The notes: generated by a model not told the origin, from the sequence alone. A DNA stretch of 64,000 bases from Dehalococcoidia bacterium (GCA_049586675.1 JBAVCL010000033.1:15336-79335), one strand, 5' to 3'; positions 49,549 to 61,159 are shown, numbered from the stretch's first letter. Program-made: numbers and translations.

Positions 49549-51000
49549 ATGAAAGTGGAGAAACTGCGAAAATTCGAATATATTTTCAACCCCAGAGCAG
49601 TAGCTGTAATAGGAGCTTCCAACGATGATGGCTTCTCACGGGCTTTGATGAGCATAAAAATCAAAGACAATCTGTTCCTGGTTAATCCGAGATACAAGGA
49701 ACTTTACGGTAAAAGATGCTATGACAGCATTTTAAATATAGAAGAGGGAATTGACTATGTCGTCATAGCAGTGCCAACTTTACTCGTCCCAAAAGTATTA
49801 GCCGAATGCGTAGAAAAAGGAGTGAAAGCGGTCCATATTTATACTGCTGGTTTCAGTGAAACCGGAGTAGAAGAAAGGAAAATTCTAGAGGACGAAGTGA
49901 AGGAGATATCCAGAGGTAAAGTCAGCGTAATTGGTCCTAACTGCATGGGAATACATTGTCCTAAGTCTGGCCTGACTTTTTTCCCCGATGCTTCAGCTGA
50001 GGAAGGCCCAGTTGGAGTGATTTCACAAAGTGGCACCTTTGCTGTGGAATTCTTGTCCACCGGTAAGCTAAGAAATATAAAGTTTAGCAAGGTTATCAGT
50101 TACGGGAATGCCATAGACCTCGATTGTCCTGACTTCCTGGAATACTTAGCGCATGATCCTGAAACTGAGGTTATAGCTTTATATATAGAGGGGACCCAAA
50201 ATGGCGAGTATATCAAAGCAGCAATGACCGAAGCTGCAACATTAAAGCCAGTATTGGCACTCAAAGGAGGAGTAACAGAGCATGGTCGCCGGGCAGCATC
50301 TTCTCACACAGGCTCATTAGCCGGTTCGCCAAAAATTTGGGAGTCACTTTTCAAGCAGGCCGGGGTAATCCAGGTGGAGGATTTCGGCGAATTGCTGGAT
50401 GCCACTTTGGCATTCTCTTATGCCCCCCTACCCTCAGGGAAAGGAACGGCTATTATTACCAACTCCGGTGGTTTTAGTGTGCTTGAAACTGATTTATGTG
50501 TAAAAGCAGGATTGGAGGTCCCTCAATTCACAAAGGAAACGCTAGCTGAATTGCGTAGAATAGTTCCGCTGGCGGGAACAAGCATAAATAATCCCCTTGA
50601 TGCCTGGTCAATATACTCGAACATGCTCGGAACGACGGGGACACTTATCGATGCTATCAAAGTCGTGTCTCAGGATAAGAATATTCATTCAATGGTGCTG
50701 GACTTTGGCGGAGTGGGTTACCTGCGGCGTGTGTTGGGAGACACATTTGAAGACCGCCTGAAGGAATTTATTAGGGTTATAGTCCAGGCATGTAGATATG
50801 CTCGAGAGGAAATGGGCAAGACCGTAATGATTTGCATTTCACTGGATGTCTATCTAGAAGACGAAGAGGATAGAAGGGCTCATTTGCTGGCTAAAAAAGC
50901 TTTTGAGAGCGAGCGATTCCCTGTATATCCCTCGCTTGGTGCCTCGATCAAGGCTCTATCCAACTTGTACAAGTACAAGGCTAAGTGTCGCAACCCCTAG
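49549..51000 (+). CDS. NDP-forming acyl-CoA synthetase alpha-subunit-like protein
   Basis: 483 aa. CoA-binding N-terminal domain (VAVIGASN…). …GPNCMGI…. TAG stop. Confidence 0.8.
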   Translation: MKVEKLRKFEYIFNPRAVAVIGASNDDGFSRALMSIKIKDNLFLVNPRYKELYGKRCYDSILNIEEGIDYVVIAVPTLLVPKVLAECVEKGVKAVHIYTAGFSETGVEERKILEDEVKEISRGKVSVIGPNCMGIHCPKSGLTFFPDASAEEGPVGVISQSGTFAVEFLSTGKLRNIKFSKVISYGNAIDLDCPDFLEYLAHDPETEVIALYIEGTQNGEYIKAAMTEAATLKPVLALKGGVTEHGRRAASSHTGSLAGSPKIWESLFKQAGVIQVEDFGELLDATLAFSYAPLPSGKGTAIITNSGGFSVLETDLCVKAGLEVPQFTKETLAELRRIVPLAGTSINNPLDAWSIYSNMLGTTGTLIDAIKVVSQDKNIHSMVLDFGGVGYLRRVLGDTFEDRLKEFIRVIVQACRYAREEMGKTVMICISLDVYLEDEEDRRAHLLAKKAFESERFPVYPSLGASIKALSNLYKYKAKCRNP

Positions 51001-51153
51001 ACTCTGCCACCACCGCCAATCGTGGACTTTATCGGATAGAGTATCCAAACTGCAAGTTTCCGGAGTCGCCAGACAAATGTCAAACGGAGGCTAGCAAAAA
51101 ACTCAGCTCTGCGAAGATGAGGGTTAATAAGCTATTTATTGCAAGACGGGATT

Positions 51154-52287
51154 TCATACCAGTCCGATTTTCTGGGCAACTATTTCCCTGTGGAAGTCAG
51201 TGTTGCCAAAGGCAATATCTGCGGCCTTGCTTCTACGGTAATAAAGGGGTATGTCGTGGTCAGCACTGGTAGCGATTGCCCCGTGTAGTCTCACTGCCCA
51301 CTTACTAACATTCTTGTAGACTTCATTGACATATGCCTTTGACATAGAGGCTTCTTTAGCGCAGGGAAGACCCTCCGACTCCATCCAGGCTACTTCATAA
51401 ACCAGATAACGGCTGGTTTCCATCGTTATCCACATGTCAGCCATCTTGTGTTGAAGTGCTTGGAAAGAGCCTATGGGCCTTTCATATTGAACCCTTTCTT
51501 TGGAATACGCCACGGTCATTTCTACACAGGTCTCTATAGCACCTACGGATTCGGCACACTTAGCGATGGCGCCTTTGCGCAACATCATTTCCACAATGGG
51601 CCATCCCTCATCTATCTTGCCAAGTATATTTTTCTTGGGCACATTGACGTTCTTAAAACGCACTTCGCATAGCTTATCTGCGGCGGTGGTAGGCATTACC
51701 TCGCAACTTATTCCCGGAGTTGTAGAGCCGACAATAAAAAGGGTGATTCCCTTCTCGGGCGAAGTGCTATCTTTTGTCCTGGTGACACAGAGGATATAGT
51801 TGGCAACATGGGCCATTTCCACGAAGAGCTTTGTACCGTTTATTATGAAGTCATTTCCTTTTGGTGTTGCCTTAACGGCGATTCCGGAAGCATCGAAGAC
51901 GCCTTCAGCTTCGAGGAGAGCCGTGGTAAGAATTAATTCGCCTTTAGCTATTTTGGGAAGTAAATCTTTCTTTTGCTCTTCAGTTCCCGCCTCGAGTATA
52001 GCGAAAGCGCTAGTTAGAGTAGCTATCAGTGGTCCAGGAAGAATATTTCTGCCTATCTCCTCCAAGAGAACAACAAGGTCCTGAAAAGTATAACCTATAC
52101 CCCCGTACTTTTCAGGTATGATTAGGCCCATCCAACCCAGCTCAGCCATCTTCTTCCAGAGTTCGGGAGAGTATCCTTCCTTACTTTGTTCGAGTTTTCT
52201 TACCAGAGTCTTGGGGCATTCTGTGGCAAGGAAATCTCGTGCCGTTTGCTTTAATATTTCTTGTGTTTCAGTAAATCTAAGGTCCAT
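51154..52287 (-). CDS. Acyl-CoA dehydrogenase family protein
   Basis: 377 aa. ACAD N/M/C domain pattern. Confidence 0.85.
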   Translation of the reverse strand: MDLRFTETQEILKQTARDFLATECPKTLVRKLEQSKEGYSPELWKKMAELGWMGLIIPEKYGGIGYTFQDLVVLLEEIGRNILPGPLIATLTSAFAILEAGTEEQKKDLLPKIAKGELILTTALLEAEGVFDASGIAVKATPKGNDFIINGTKLFVEMAHVANYILCVTRTKDSTSPEKGITLFIVGSTTPGISCEVMPTTAADKLCEVRFKNVNVPKKNILGKIDEGWPIVEMMLRKGAIAKCAESVGAIETCVEMTVAYSKERVQYERPIGSFQALQHKMADMWITMETSRYLVYEVAWMESEGLPCAKEASMSKAYVNEVYKNVSKWAVRLHGAIATSADHDIPLYYRRSKAADIAFGNTDFHREIVAQKIGLV

Positions 52288-52311
52288 GATTCCTCCTTAT
52301 CGAAGCTTGGT

Positions 52312-53496
52312 TTATCTCATTCTGGGTAAGTTGAGGCCGTACCAGGCGATGATATTCCTTTGTATCTCATTTGTTCCCATGGATACGGTGGTTATGAAAT
52401 GTTCGTGGAACATCCTTTCCCACCACCCGTCTAAAGGAGCCCATCGGGAAGTCTTGACCTGGCCATAGGGACCTAAAATGTCCGTAGCCACAAAAGCAAA
52501 ACGCTCGAGCAGTTCACTGAAGAAAATTTTGCCTGCCGCGGCATCCATCAGGGACATTTCGTTTCTGTTTTGTAAATCAGCGACACGGTATGCCAGGGCA
52601 CGGGCTGCCTCTAAGTCGCAGGCTAGCTCAGCCAGCCGATTACGGACAAGCGGGTTCTTGGCCAGTGGCTGCCCGTGTCGTTTGGTCCCGTTGCAAAATG
52701 TCACCAATTGTTCTAGCCCGTGGATCATGCCCATGATTTCGTTTATACCAGATCTCTCGAAACCAGCTAGGAGATTTACAACAGCCCAGCCTTCGTGTTC
52801 TTGTCCGACGATATTTTTGGCTGGCACATGGACATCATCAAAATAAACCTCGCAATAAGGAGCATGGCCATCCAAGTATGGAATTGGCCTTACCGTGATC
52901 CCTGGCGTCTTCATATCAAGTAGAATGAAGGTCATATTGTGGTGCATTCGAGCAGTCGGGTCGGTCTTGAATACGCCAAAGCCCCAATCAGCGCGGTGAG
53001 CGCCGGTGTTCCAGGTTTTCTGACCATTTATAATGTACTCCTCGCCCTTTTTTATGGCTGTTGTGCTCAGAGAGGCTAGGTCTGAGCCGGCATTGGGTTC
53101 GCTCCATAGCTCACACCACATAACCTCTCCCCGGGCAATAGGTGGCAGGAATCTTCTCTTTATTTCTTCACTCGCAGCCTGCAACAAGGTTGGGGCAAGC
53201 ATTTGCACTCCAAAAATATCTACTCCGGGAATGCCATAGTATCCTCTGGCTTCGGCAAAGAGGACGCGGTCCATCATGTCTCCTTTGCCCTCATATTCTG
53301 GTGGCCAGCCCAGGGCAAGCCATCCCTTTTTAGCAAATTCTTTGGCGCAATATAGGTTGTACTTCCAACACTCGTCATCTTCATAGATGGTCTCACCTCC
53401 CACAAAACTTGGTGGTTTCCTTTTTTCGAGTTCTTTACATGTGTCATAGAACTCCTGTTTGCGAACTTTTTGTTCGTCTGTAAGCGAAAGGTCCAT
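52312..53496 (-). CDS. Acyl-CoA dehydrogenase family protein (second, divergent paralogue; possible heteromeric partner)
   Basis: 394 aa. 24-nt spacer to the previous ACAD. Confidence 0.85.
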   Translation of the reverse strand: MDLSLTDEQKVRKQEFYDTCKELEKRKPPSFVGGETIYEDDECWKYNLYCAKEFAKKGWLALGWPPEYEGKGDMMDRVLFAEARGYYGIPGVDIFGVQMLAPTLLQAASEEIKRRFLPPIARGEVMWCELWSEPNAGSDLASLSTTAIKKGEEYIINGQKTWNTGAHRADWGFGVFKTDPTARMHHNMTFILLDMKTPGITVRPIPYLDGHAPYCEVYFDDVHVPAKNIVGQEHEGWAVVNLLAGFERSGINEIMGMIHGLEQLVTFCNGTKRHGQPLAKNPLVRNRLAELACDLEAARALAYRVADLQNRNEMSLMDAAAGKIFFSELLERFAFVATDILGPYGQVKTSRWAPLDGWWERMFHEHFITTVSMGTNEIQRNIIAWYGLNLPRMR

Positions 53497-53836
53497 GTAT
53501 ACCTCCTTTGAGTTTGGAACTATTATAACAGTGCCGCTCGATTTTGGGCTTTATTTTGGATTGTGTAGGGAAAATTGTCAAAAAGTTTTATGGCGGTACG
53601 AGCCCCAAAGCAGAAATCTAAAAGAAAGTAGGGCTTACCACCATAGCCAAGGGTCAAGAAAATGGAATCACAACCCTGCTGGGACTTGAAGATTAAGTTT
53701 GATGAAGGCACAAAACTACTCTCAGAGATTACGATCCCTTTCACAGGGATTACCAACCTACTTGAAAAACGGGGCCAAGGCTCTGTGCATAATTTGGGAT
53801 TGACAAACCCTGGAAATTGGCTGTTATCAATCCTAA

Positions 53837-54064
53837 TTACACTATTTCCAGTCTGACTCTTTTATCCTCTTTAGCTGCTTTTACTCGAAGTAGCGTTCGT
53901 AGCGCTTGAGCTACGCGACCCTGTCTGCCGATGACCCTTCCCTTGTCATCGGGAGCAACCTCTAATTTGATTAGTAAGCCTTCATCACTATTTTCCTCGG
54001 TGATCTTTACCGCGTCAGGTTCTGCCACAATGGATTTAATAATGTATTCCAGCAGGTCTTTCAT
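53837..54064 (-). CDS. KH-domain RNA-binding protein (UPF0109/YlqC-like)
   Basis: 75 aa. GRVIGRQGR motif. Directly downstream of rpsP as in many bacteria. Confidence 0.8.
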   Translation of the reverse strand: MKDLLEYIIKSIVAEPDAVKITEENSDEGLLIKLEVAPDDKGRVIGRQGRVAQALRTLLRVKAAKEDKRVRLEIV

Positions 54065-54080
54065 TTTGCCTCCTTAACAG

Positions 54081-54350
54081 TTAGTTTTGGCCTGAGGTCT
54101 GCTTAACTTTATCCATAATGCCTAGTTTGGCGAGCAAGCTGCGCACCGTATCTGTAGGCTGAGCTCCACATCCAAGCCACTTTAAAGCTTTTTCTTCATC
54201 AATGCTGATAGTTGCGGGGTCAGTCAAAGGATTGTAATGGCCGATAATATCAATGAATTTACCATCACGGGGAGAGCGACTATCAGCTACTACCACTCGG
54301 TAGAATGGTCTGTTTCTCCTCCCCATACGGCGTAATCTGATTTTAACCAT
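54081..54350 (-). CDS. rpsP: 30S ribosomal protein S16
   Basis: [30 protein letters not shown]…. Confidence 0.9.
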   Translation of the reverse strand: MVKIRLRRMGRRNRPFYRVVVADSRSPRDGKFIDIIGHYNPLTDPATISIDEEKALKWLGCGAQPTDTVRSLLAKLGIMDKVKQTSGQN

Positions 54351-54426
54351 TTAAGTCAACCCCCAAAAATCTGGTGACTTTTCGGGGGTCCCTGATAAAT
54401 TTAATTTCTGCATTTGCTAGGTTTAC

Positions 54427-54448
54427 ACGAAAATCGCAAGATTTTCGT
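54427..54448 (+). repeat. Palindrome acgaaaatc-GCAA-gattttcgt (copy 2), about 75 nt upstream of rpsP
   Basis: Identical 22-nt core to 33917..33938. Confidence 0.6.
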
Positions 54449-54815
54449 TGGTGAATTTAATAAGGTGATTATCTCTTAAATGTCAATGTTTGTCAATGGC
54501 TTCTGGCTTAAAGGGCCGTTTAATAATCTAGCGGCACAGAAATAAGAAAATTACATAGTGGTCGTGCAATTTAGGCCACGATTTCGGAGGGGAATACATA
54601 TACGGTTGTTGTTTTGAGCTTCCTCCTTAGCGAGGCTAGTTGTGGTTTATATATTCTAATCCTTCTTTCCTCGCATGTGACCAGCATATTAAGCGTTTTT
54701 GGTATGACTTTGATGATTTACAATTAAAGTGGAATGCTTTATAATCCAAAATCTGAGAGTGCATGCATTATTCTGTTGATGGTCATGGGATGGCTCATCC
54801 CAGGAGGTTTAACTA

Positions 54816-57125
54816 ATGGATATAACACTGTTTGAAGTCTTTCGTACCGGCGTTGCCACTGCCTTTGAAAAGTATGCTTTAATCGCTGTCATAGTAGTGG
54901 CTATAGGCGGTTTACTTTATGCCGCTTTTCTTAACCGCCAGATCCTGAGGGAGCCGGAGGGGACGGAAAAAATGAAGCGTCTATCCATGGCTATCCGCAC
55001 TGGCGGCAATGCTTATCTTAGGCGGCAGTTCCGCACTATACTCGTGATTTTCTTTATCTTAGCAGTGTTTGTATTTTTCACCGGGTGGTTTTCTCCATCA
55101 AAATACAACCCCAACTGGGTTATCGGTCTGGGTAGGGCTGGTGGCTTCTTGATGGGTGCTTTGTTCTCCGCCCTTGTAGGTTATTTGGGTATGAATATGG
55201 CGATGCGAGGCAATGTCAGGGTGGCTCAAGCTGCCCGCAGCAGTTTTGCCAAGGCTCTCAAGATAGGCTATCGCACCGGCACCGTAACCGGCATGCTCAC
55301 CGACGGTCTTGGGCTTCTCGGTGGCACTGTACTCTTCATTATCTTCTTTAAGGATGCTCCTTTGGTGCTAATAGGCTTTGGTTTCGGCGGCACGCTACTG
55401 GCCCTGTTTATGCGTGTTGGTGGTGGCATTTATACCAAAGCTGCTGATGTCGGGGCTGACCTGGTGGGCAAAGTGGAAAAGGGAATTCCCGAGGATGACC
55501 CCCGAAATGCCGCGGTGATTGCTGACCAGGTTGGTGATAACGTAGGTGACTGTGCCGGAATGGCAGCCGATATCTTTGAGTCTTACGAAGTTACCATTGT
55601 TTCTGCTTTAATCTTAGGGATTTTGCTCACTGTTGCTACCGGCGCCCTTTACTGGATTATCTTGCCGCTTTTGATACGGGCTTGCGGCGTCCTTGGTTCC
55701 ATTATTAGCACCTATACGGTTGGGCGTGGTAAGGGGGAGAATGCGATGGATGCTATACACCGTGCTTACTGGCTCGGTGCGGCCATCACTTGTATATCTG
55801 CCTTCCTTTTTGCCCACTTTTACTGCCACGACCTTCGTTTCTTCTGGGTGATAATGATAGGTGTCTTCTTAGCCATAGCCACAAATTATATCGCCGATTA
55901 TTACACTGGAGACAGACATGCCCCAGTAAAGGAAATCGCCAAATCAACCAAAACTGGACCAGCTACTGTCATCCTCTCCGGGTTTGGCTGGGGATTTGAG
56001 AGCACTGTGATGGCTATAATTGCTATTGCATTAGCTATCTTAGGCTCAGCAATCGTGTGGCGGAATGGTGTGCCAGTCCCTGGAGCAACAACAATGCCTG
56101 TAGACTTACTATGTATATTCTACGGCGTAGCTCTTTGCGGCATTGGTCTACTTACTTTGACTGGCAACAATATTGCCATGGATACCTTTGGTCCCGTGGT
56201 TGATAATGCCAATGGCATCGGGGAAATGGCAAAGCTCGAACCTGAGACTCGCCAGACTTTGAATGACCTGGATGCGGTAGGCAACACTACCAAGGCTATC
56301 ACCAAGTGTATTGCTATCGCTTCGGCAGTCCTGGCGGCAGTGGCTCTATTTGCTGCCTTCTACGCCGACTATCAGCTTAAAACAATTGACTTAATTCAGT
56401 GGAAGGTCTTCGTTGCTTTCCTTATCGGGGGTGCCATACCGTTTCTGTTCAGTTCTCTCACTATTAGAGCTGTGGGTAGAGCGGCACATGAGATTATAAA
56501 TGAGGTGCGTTACCAGTTTGCCAATGTTAAAGGAGTCTGGGAAGGCACAGTTGACCCGGACTATGCCCGGGTGGTTTCTATTTGCACTGGAGCGGCTCAG
56601 AGGGAGTTGATCACTCCGGCACTTTTGGCTGTCCTTTCACCCATAGCCATAGGCTTACTCCTTGGCTTGGAAGCGCTGGCAGGATTCCTGGCAGGGGTGA
56701 TACTGGTGGGGCAACTCCTGGCAGTATATATGGCAAATACCGGGAATGCCTGGGACAATGCCAAGAAGTCCATTGAAGATGGGTTATACGGTGGCAAAGG
56801 CTCCGATGCTCACAAGGCAGCGGTGATAGGCGATACCGTAGGTGACCCGCTTAAGGATACTGCCGGGCCAGCTTTGAACCCGCTGATTAAAGTCATTAAC
56901 CTGGTTTCGGTCCTGGCTGCCGCACTGATGGTGGTAGTAGTGAACGGTCAAATTGTGCCGCGGGGACTCACACCGGTTACCGTCAGCGTAGCGGTGGCAG
57001 CGATTATAGTCATACTTGTAGCCGTCTGGCGTTCGAGGAAAGAGGAATCATTCGGGCGCGAATACGAAACAATGGAAGGGGTTTCTGCAACGAATCCAGG
57101 AAAACAGGGCCCGCCCAGCAAATGA
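54816..57125 (+). CDS. hppA: Membrane-bound ion-translocating pyrophosphatase
   Basis: 769 aa. …[21 protein letters not shown]… and …[11 protein letters not shown]… signature motifs. Confidence 0.9.
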   Translation: MDITLFEVFRTGVATAFEKYALIAVIVVAIGGLLYAAFLNRQILREPEGTEKMKRLSMAIRTGGNAYLRRQFRTILVIFFILAVFVFFTGWFSPSKYNPNWVIGLGRAGGFLMGALFSALVGYLGMNMAMRGNVRVAQAARSSFAKALKIGYRTGTVTGMLTDGLGLLGGTVLFIIFFKDAPLVLIGFGFGGTLLALFMRVGGGIYTKAADVGADLVGKVEKGIPEDDPRNAAVIADQVGDNVGDCAGMAADIFESYEVTIVSALILGILLTVATGALYWIILPLLIRACGVLGSIISTYTVGRGKGENAMDAIHRAYWLGAAITCISAFLFAHFYCHDLRFFWVIMIGVFLAIATNYIADYYTGDRHAPVKEIAKSTKTGPATVILSGFGWGFESTVMAIIAIALAILGSAIVWRNGVPVPGATTMPVDLLCIFYGVALCGIGLLTLTGNNIAMDTFGPVVDNANGIGEMAKLEPETRQTLNDLDAVGNTTKAITKCIAIASAVLAAVALFAAFYADYQLKTIDLIQWKVFVAFLIGGAIPFLFSSLTIRAVGRAAHEIINEVRYQFANVKGVWEGTVDPDYARVVSICTGAAQRELITPALLAVLSPIAIGLLLGLEALAGFLAGVILVGQLLAVYMANTGNAWDNAKKSIEDGLYGGKGSDAHKAAVIGDTVGDPLKDTAGPALNPLIKVINLVSVLAAALMVVVVNGQIVPRGLTPVTVSVAVAAIIVILVAVWRSRKEESFGREYETMEGVSATNPGKQGPPSK

Positions 57126-57376
57126 AAGCTAAGGGCCGTAATACTAGATGATGTAACGCTCCCTCGGGCGTGGTTTCTATCACTCACAGGAAGCGTAGAA
57201 ACGTACCTGGATACTCTCTTTGGTGGAAGTGGTTAGAGAGGGAAATTTCACAAGGTTTCACCCCCGCCATTCCTCTCCCTTGGAGGGACAGGAATTCTAT
57301 ACAAAGCCATGGCAAAGACTATAAATTGTTGTGTTCAAACTTTGTCATAAAGTAGCAATGCTTTATAATAAGCTGT

Positions 57377-58078
57377 ATGCGAGTGCACAAATTACACGAC
57401 TGGGAGGTGAGCGTTGCCCGAGCAAGGGAGATACAATTGAGCCTGGCAAAAAAGGTGGTAACTAAAAACGAAGTTATTAACCCACGCCTTATTGCCGGTA
57501 TTGACATATCCTCTCCTGATGCTCAGGGCGTAGCAAGAGGAGCAGTGGTAGTTCTCCGTTATCCTGAGTTTAGCATGGTCGAGGTGAAGGTAGTGGAAGG
57601 TAAGATTATATTTCCCTACATTCCTGGCCTATTGTCTTTTCGAGAAAGTCCCTTGATTCTGGCTGCTTGTGAAAAACTATATAATGTTCCCGACCTTATT
57701 CTGATTGATGGTCAAGGGATTGCTCATCCCAGGAGAATGGGGCTCGCCTCACATGTGGGACTTTTTCTAGATTTGCCTACTATAGGCTGTGCAAAATCTA
57801 TCCTTTGTGGCCAGCATCGGCCTGTGGGTGAAGAGGCTGGCTCTCATGCTGAACTGCTTGATAATGGGGAGCTCATTGGAACAGCCCTAAGGACTAAATC
57901 TGGAGTGAAGCCGATATATGTTTCCGTGGGCCATAAAATTGACCTTGCATCGGCTTTACAATGGGTGGTAAAGTGCTGCCGAGGTTATAGACTTCCTGAA
58001 CCTACCCGCCTAGCTCACCTCGCTGCCGGAGGAATGTTGACCTCTGAACCAAGCAGCCAAGGGAAGTTATTTGATTAA
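57377..58078 (+). CDS. nfi: Endonuclease V (deoxyinosine 3' endonuclease)
   Basis: …GIDISSP…YIPGLLSFRE…IDGQGIAHPRRMGLASHVG…. Confidence 0.85.
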   Translation: MRVHKLHDWEVSVARAREIQLSLAKKVVTKNEVINPRLIAGIDISSPDAQGVARGAVVVLRYPEFSMVEVKVVEGKIIFPYIPGLLSFRESPLILAACEKLYNVPDLILIDGQGIAHPRRMGLASHVGLFLDLPTIGCAKSILCGQHRPVGEEAGSHAELLDNGELIGTALRTKSGVKPIYVSVGHKIDLASALQWVVKCCRGYRLPEPTRLAHLAAGGMLTSEPSSQGKLFD

Positions 58079-58090
58079 GGAGTATTTTAG

Positions 58091-59189
58091 ATGCAAGAAG
58101 AGAAGGAAAATTTAGAAGTCTTGCTTCGCCAAATCTCAGACATCATGGTGCATCTTTGACATCCCTGGCAAGGAAAAGGAAATTGCCAGGATAGAGGCAG
58201 AGTCAGCCCAACCTGATTTTTGGCGTGACCCGGCTAAAGCTCAAGCTATCATGCGGGAGCTCAGGGGCAAGAAGAATCTAGTCAATGCTTGGCGCGAGGT
58301 GGAGAAGAAGGCTGTCGATCTTCGGGAAATGACTGTTCTGGCTATTGGTGAGGAAGATTACTCTCTTAAGGAAGAGATACAACTGGAGCTAAAGAAGCTG
58401 GGTTCTCGGTTTGAACAGTTAGAGAGCCAACAGCTTTTTACTGGCGATTACGATAGTCGAAATGCCATGCTTGCCTTTCATGCTGGTGCTGGTGGCACAG
58501 AGTCTCAGGATTGGGCCAACATGTTGCTCAGGATGTACTTGAGGTGGGCAGAGCGGCATCATTATGAAGCTGAAGTCTTAGATGTCTCACAGGGAGAGGA
58601 GGCTGGTATCAAAAGCGCTATCGTGGAGATTAAGGGGGATTATGTCTATGGCTCTCTCAAAGGTGAGCATGGGGTACACAGATTGGTGCGGCTGTCCCCC
58701 TTTGATGCTGACCATGCCCGCCACACATCTTTTGTCCTGGTAGAAGTTCTCCCTGAAGCTGAAGAGACGGTGGATATCAAAATAAACCCGGAAGACTTGA
58801 GGATAGATACTTTCAGGTCCAGTGGTCCTGGCGGGCAACATATGCAGAAGACAAGCAGTGCTGTCAGGATAACTCACTTACCTACAGGGCTGGTAGCTAC
58901 TTGCCAGGGCCAGAGGTCTCAGCACCAAAACAAGGAAGCTGCTTTGAAAGTTCTTTATTCTCGCATTCTAGAGCTTGATCGCAAGAAGAAAGAGGAGGAA
59001 AGAGCCAAGCTAAAAGGCGAGCGTATCGAAGCAGCTTGGGGAAATCAAATTCGCAGTTATGTTCTTCATCCCTACAAAATGGTGAAGGACCACCGTACCG
59101 ATTACGAGGTTCACGATGCCGAAGCTGTGTTGGATGGAGAACTAGATGGATTTATCACTAGCTACCTTCGGTCTAAAGTGGGGAAATGA
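58091..59189 (+). CDS. prfB: Peptide chain release factor 2, expressed through a programmed +1 frameshift at CTT TGA C (58154..58160)
   Basis: Frame 1: MQEEKENLEVLLRQISDIMVHL then in-frame TGA. The +1 frame continues DIPGKEKEIAR… and joins track ORF 58251..59189, which carries SPF and GGQ motifs (…SGPGGQHMQKT…). Confidence 0.85.
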
Positions 59190-60424
59190 TTAGACGCATT
59201 GCTTTAATAACTTGGGCGCTTCTCATGCTTTTAAGCCCCTCCTTCGTCGCAGCCGAGGCTGGTATTACAGTTACAGCTAGCAATGTAGATGTAAATTTCC
59301 CCAGTCAGGCTGTGTTCACTGTGGAAGCTGAAAGCTATGTTGATATCGTTGATGCTCGTCTTTATTACCAGGTGGATAAGATGAACTATGCTGAAGTTGT
59401 CAGCGAAGGTTGGGCTGATTTTACCCCGGCAAGCAAAATAGAGGCTAATTGGACGTGGGATATGACAAATGCGAGCTTGCCTCCTGGTGCGGAAGTCACA
59501 TATTGGTGGATGATTGAAGATGCTGCCGGGAACAAAATTGAAACCCACCCCGAGATAATGCATTTCGATGACAGCCGCTATTCTTGGCAGAACTTGACTA
59601 GCACCGTACCTCAGGGTGGTGAGCTGACCCTTTTCTGGTATAAAGGCGCTAATTCCTTCGCCCGAGAATTGATGGATGCTTGCCAGGAAGGACTTGCCAG
59701 GTTGACCCAGGATATTGGCACCTATTTGGAAAGGCCCGTCAAAATATATATTTACGCCTCCATGAGTGATTTACAGGGAGCCATGATTTATTCTCCAGAA
59801 TGGACTGGAGGTGTCACCTTTGCTGATTTTGGCATAATTGCTATTAGTATTGCACCGAGCGAACTTGATTGGGGCAAGAGGGCCTTGGTTCACGAGTTGA
59901 CACATCTTGTTGTTTATCAGGCAACTTTTAGCCCCTATGGGCAACTTCCTGTCTGGCTTGACGAAGGGTTAGCCACGTATAACGAGGGTGAGCTTGACCC
60001 TGTTCTTCACTCTAGCTTGGAAGAGGCTATCTCGAAAAATGAGCTTATTTCGGTGCGCAGCCTGTGTAGTCCCTTTTCCGCTTACACTGAAAAAGCTTCC
60101 CTTTCCTATGCTGAAAGCTATAGCCTTGTTGAGTATCTCCTGGATAATTATGGGCAGGACAGGATGCTCGATTTGCTGGCTCTTTTTAAGCAGGGTAGTA
60201 CCTACGATGAAGCTTTGACCGAGGTCTATGGTTTTGATATAGATGGTCTTGATGCTCGTTGGCGAGCAACGTTGACGAATTCGGTAGTTCCCGCGCAAAG
60301 GGCCGGGTTAAATCCTGCTGTGATTGCTGGGTTAGCGGTATTAGCGACAGCACTGACTTTATGGGGTGCTTTGGCTCTGAAAAGGCGAACCAGGCGAAGG
60401 TTGTCTGGGAAATCAACCATGTAA
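59186..60424 (+). CDS. Secreted, C-terminally membrane-anchored putative zinc metallopeptidase (HExxH…E)
   Basis: Signal peptide MIRRIALITWALLMLLSPSFVAAEA. VHELTHLVVYQ plus downstream …DEGLATY…. C-terminal TM followed by KRRTRRR. Confidence 0.5.
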   Translation: MIRRIALITWALLMLLSPSFVAAEAGITVTASNVDVNFPSQAVFTVEAESYVDIVDARLYYQVDKMNYAEVVSEGWADFTPASKIEANWTWDMTNASLPPGAEVTYWWMIEDAAGNKIETHPEIMHFDDSRYSWQNLTSTVPQGGELTLFWYKGANSFARELMDACQEGLARLTQDIGTYLERPVKIYIYASMSDLQGAMIYSPEWTGGVTFADFGIIAISIAPSELDWGKRALVHELTHLVVYQATFSPYGQLPVWLDEGLATYNEGELDPVLHSSLEEAISKNELISVRSLCSPFSAYTEKASLSYAESYSLVEYLLDNYGQDRMLDLLALFKQGSTYDEALTEVYGFDIDGLDARWRATLTNSVVPAQRAGLNPAVIAGLAVLATALTLWGALALKRRTRRRLSGKSTM

Positions 60425-60432
60425 GATAAGCC

Positions 60433-61122
60433 ATGAAAGACTCTTTTACTGTTCATGATTTACCACTCAGTGAGCGCCCCCGGGAGAGGCTGCTCAAGCT
60501 GGGCAGTGAGGCTCTTTCTGCCCAGGAAATTTTAGCTTTAATCCTGGGTCGAGGAATTAAAGGCGAGTCTGTCATGGTGACTGGCCAGAAGCTATTAAGC
60601 CGGTTTGGCAATCTCAAAGGCGTTGTCAATGCCTCTGTGGAGGAGTTGACTCAAACGAGAGGTATTGGGCCAGCCAAGGCGACGCAGATTAAAGCTGCCC
60701 TTGAATTGAGTAAGAGGCTGGAAGCCGATGCCGGTGAGAAACCCAAGCCGGTGCTCAAGTCTCCGGAAGATGTGGCTGCCCTGGTAAGGAGCCAGTTAAA
60801 AGGCAAGAAGAAGGAACATTTTTTGGTGCTTTGCCTGGATACTAGGAACAGGTTAATAAATTGCAAGCCGGTTTCCATAGGCAGTCTGGACACCAGTATT
60901 GTTCATCCCCGTGAGGTGTTTAAGGAAGCGGTATCTTCCTGCGCCGCTTCGGTAATTTTTGCTCATAATCATCCTTCGGGTGACCCCGAGCCATCCAAAG
61001 AAGATGTTGAGCTAACCAAGCGGCTGGCTAAAGCTGGTGAAATCATAGGCATTGATGTCCTTGACCACATCATTGTCTGTGATAAGAGTTACTTGAGTCT
61101 GAAGGCTAAGAATTTGTTCTAA
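60433..61122 (+). CDS. radC: RadC-family protein (N-terminal HhH + C-terminal JAB/MPN metalloprotease-like domain)
   Basis: JAMM motif …HNHPSGDPEPS…. 229 aa. Confidence 0.85.
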   Translation: MKDSFTVHDLPLSERPRERLLKLGSEALSAQEILALILGRGIKGESVMVTGQKLLSRFGNLKGVVNASVEELTQTRGIGPAKATQIKAALELSKRLEADAGEKPKPVLKSPEDVAALVRSQLKGKKKEHFLVLCLDTRNRLINCKPVSIGSLDTSIVHPREVFKEAVSSCAASVIFAHNHPSGDPEPSKEDVELTKRLAKAGEIIGIDVLDHIIVCDKSYLSLKAKNLF

Positions 61123-61159
61123 ATTTAAATTAACCCCTTAGAACGCTATACGGAGTAAC

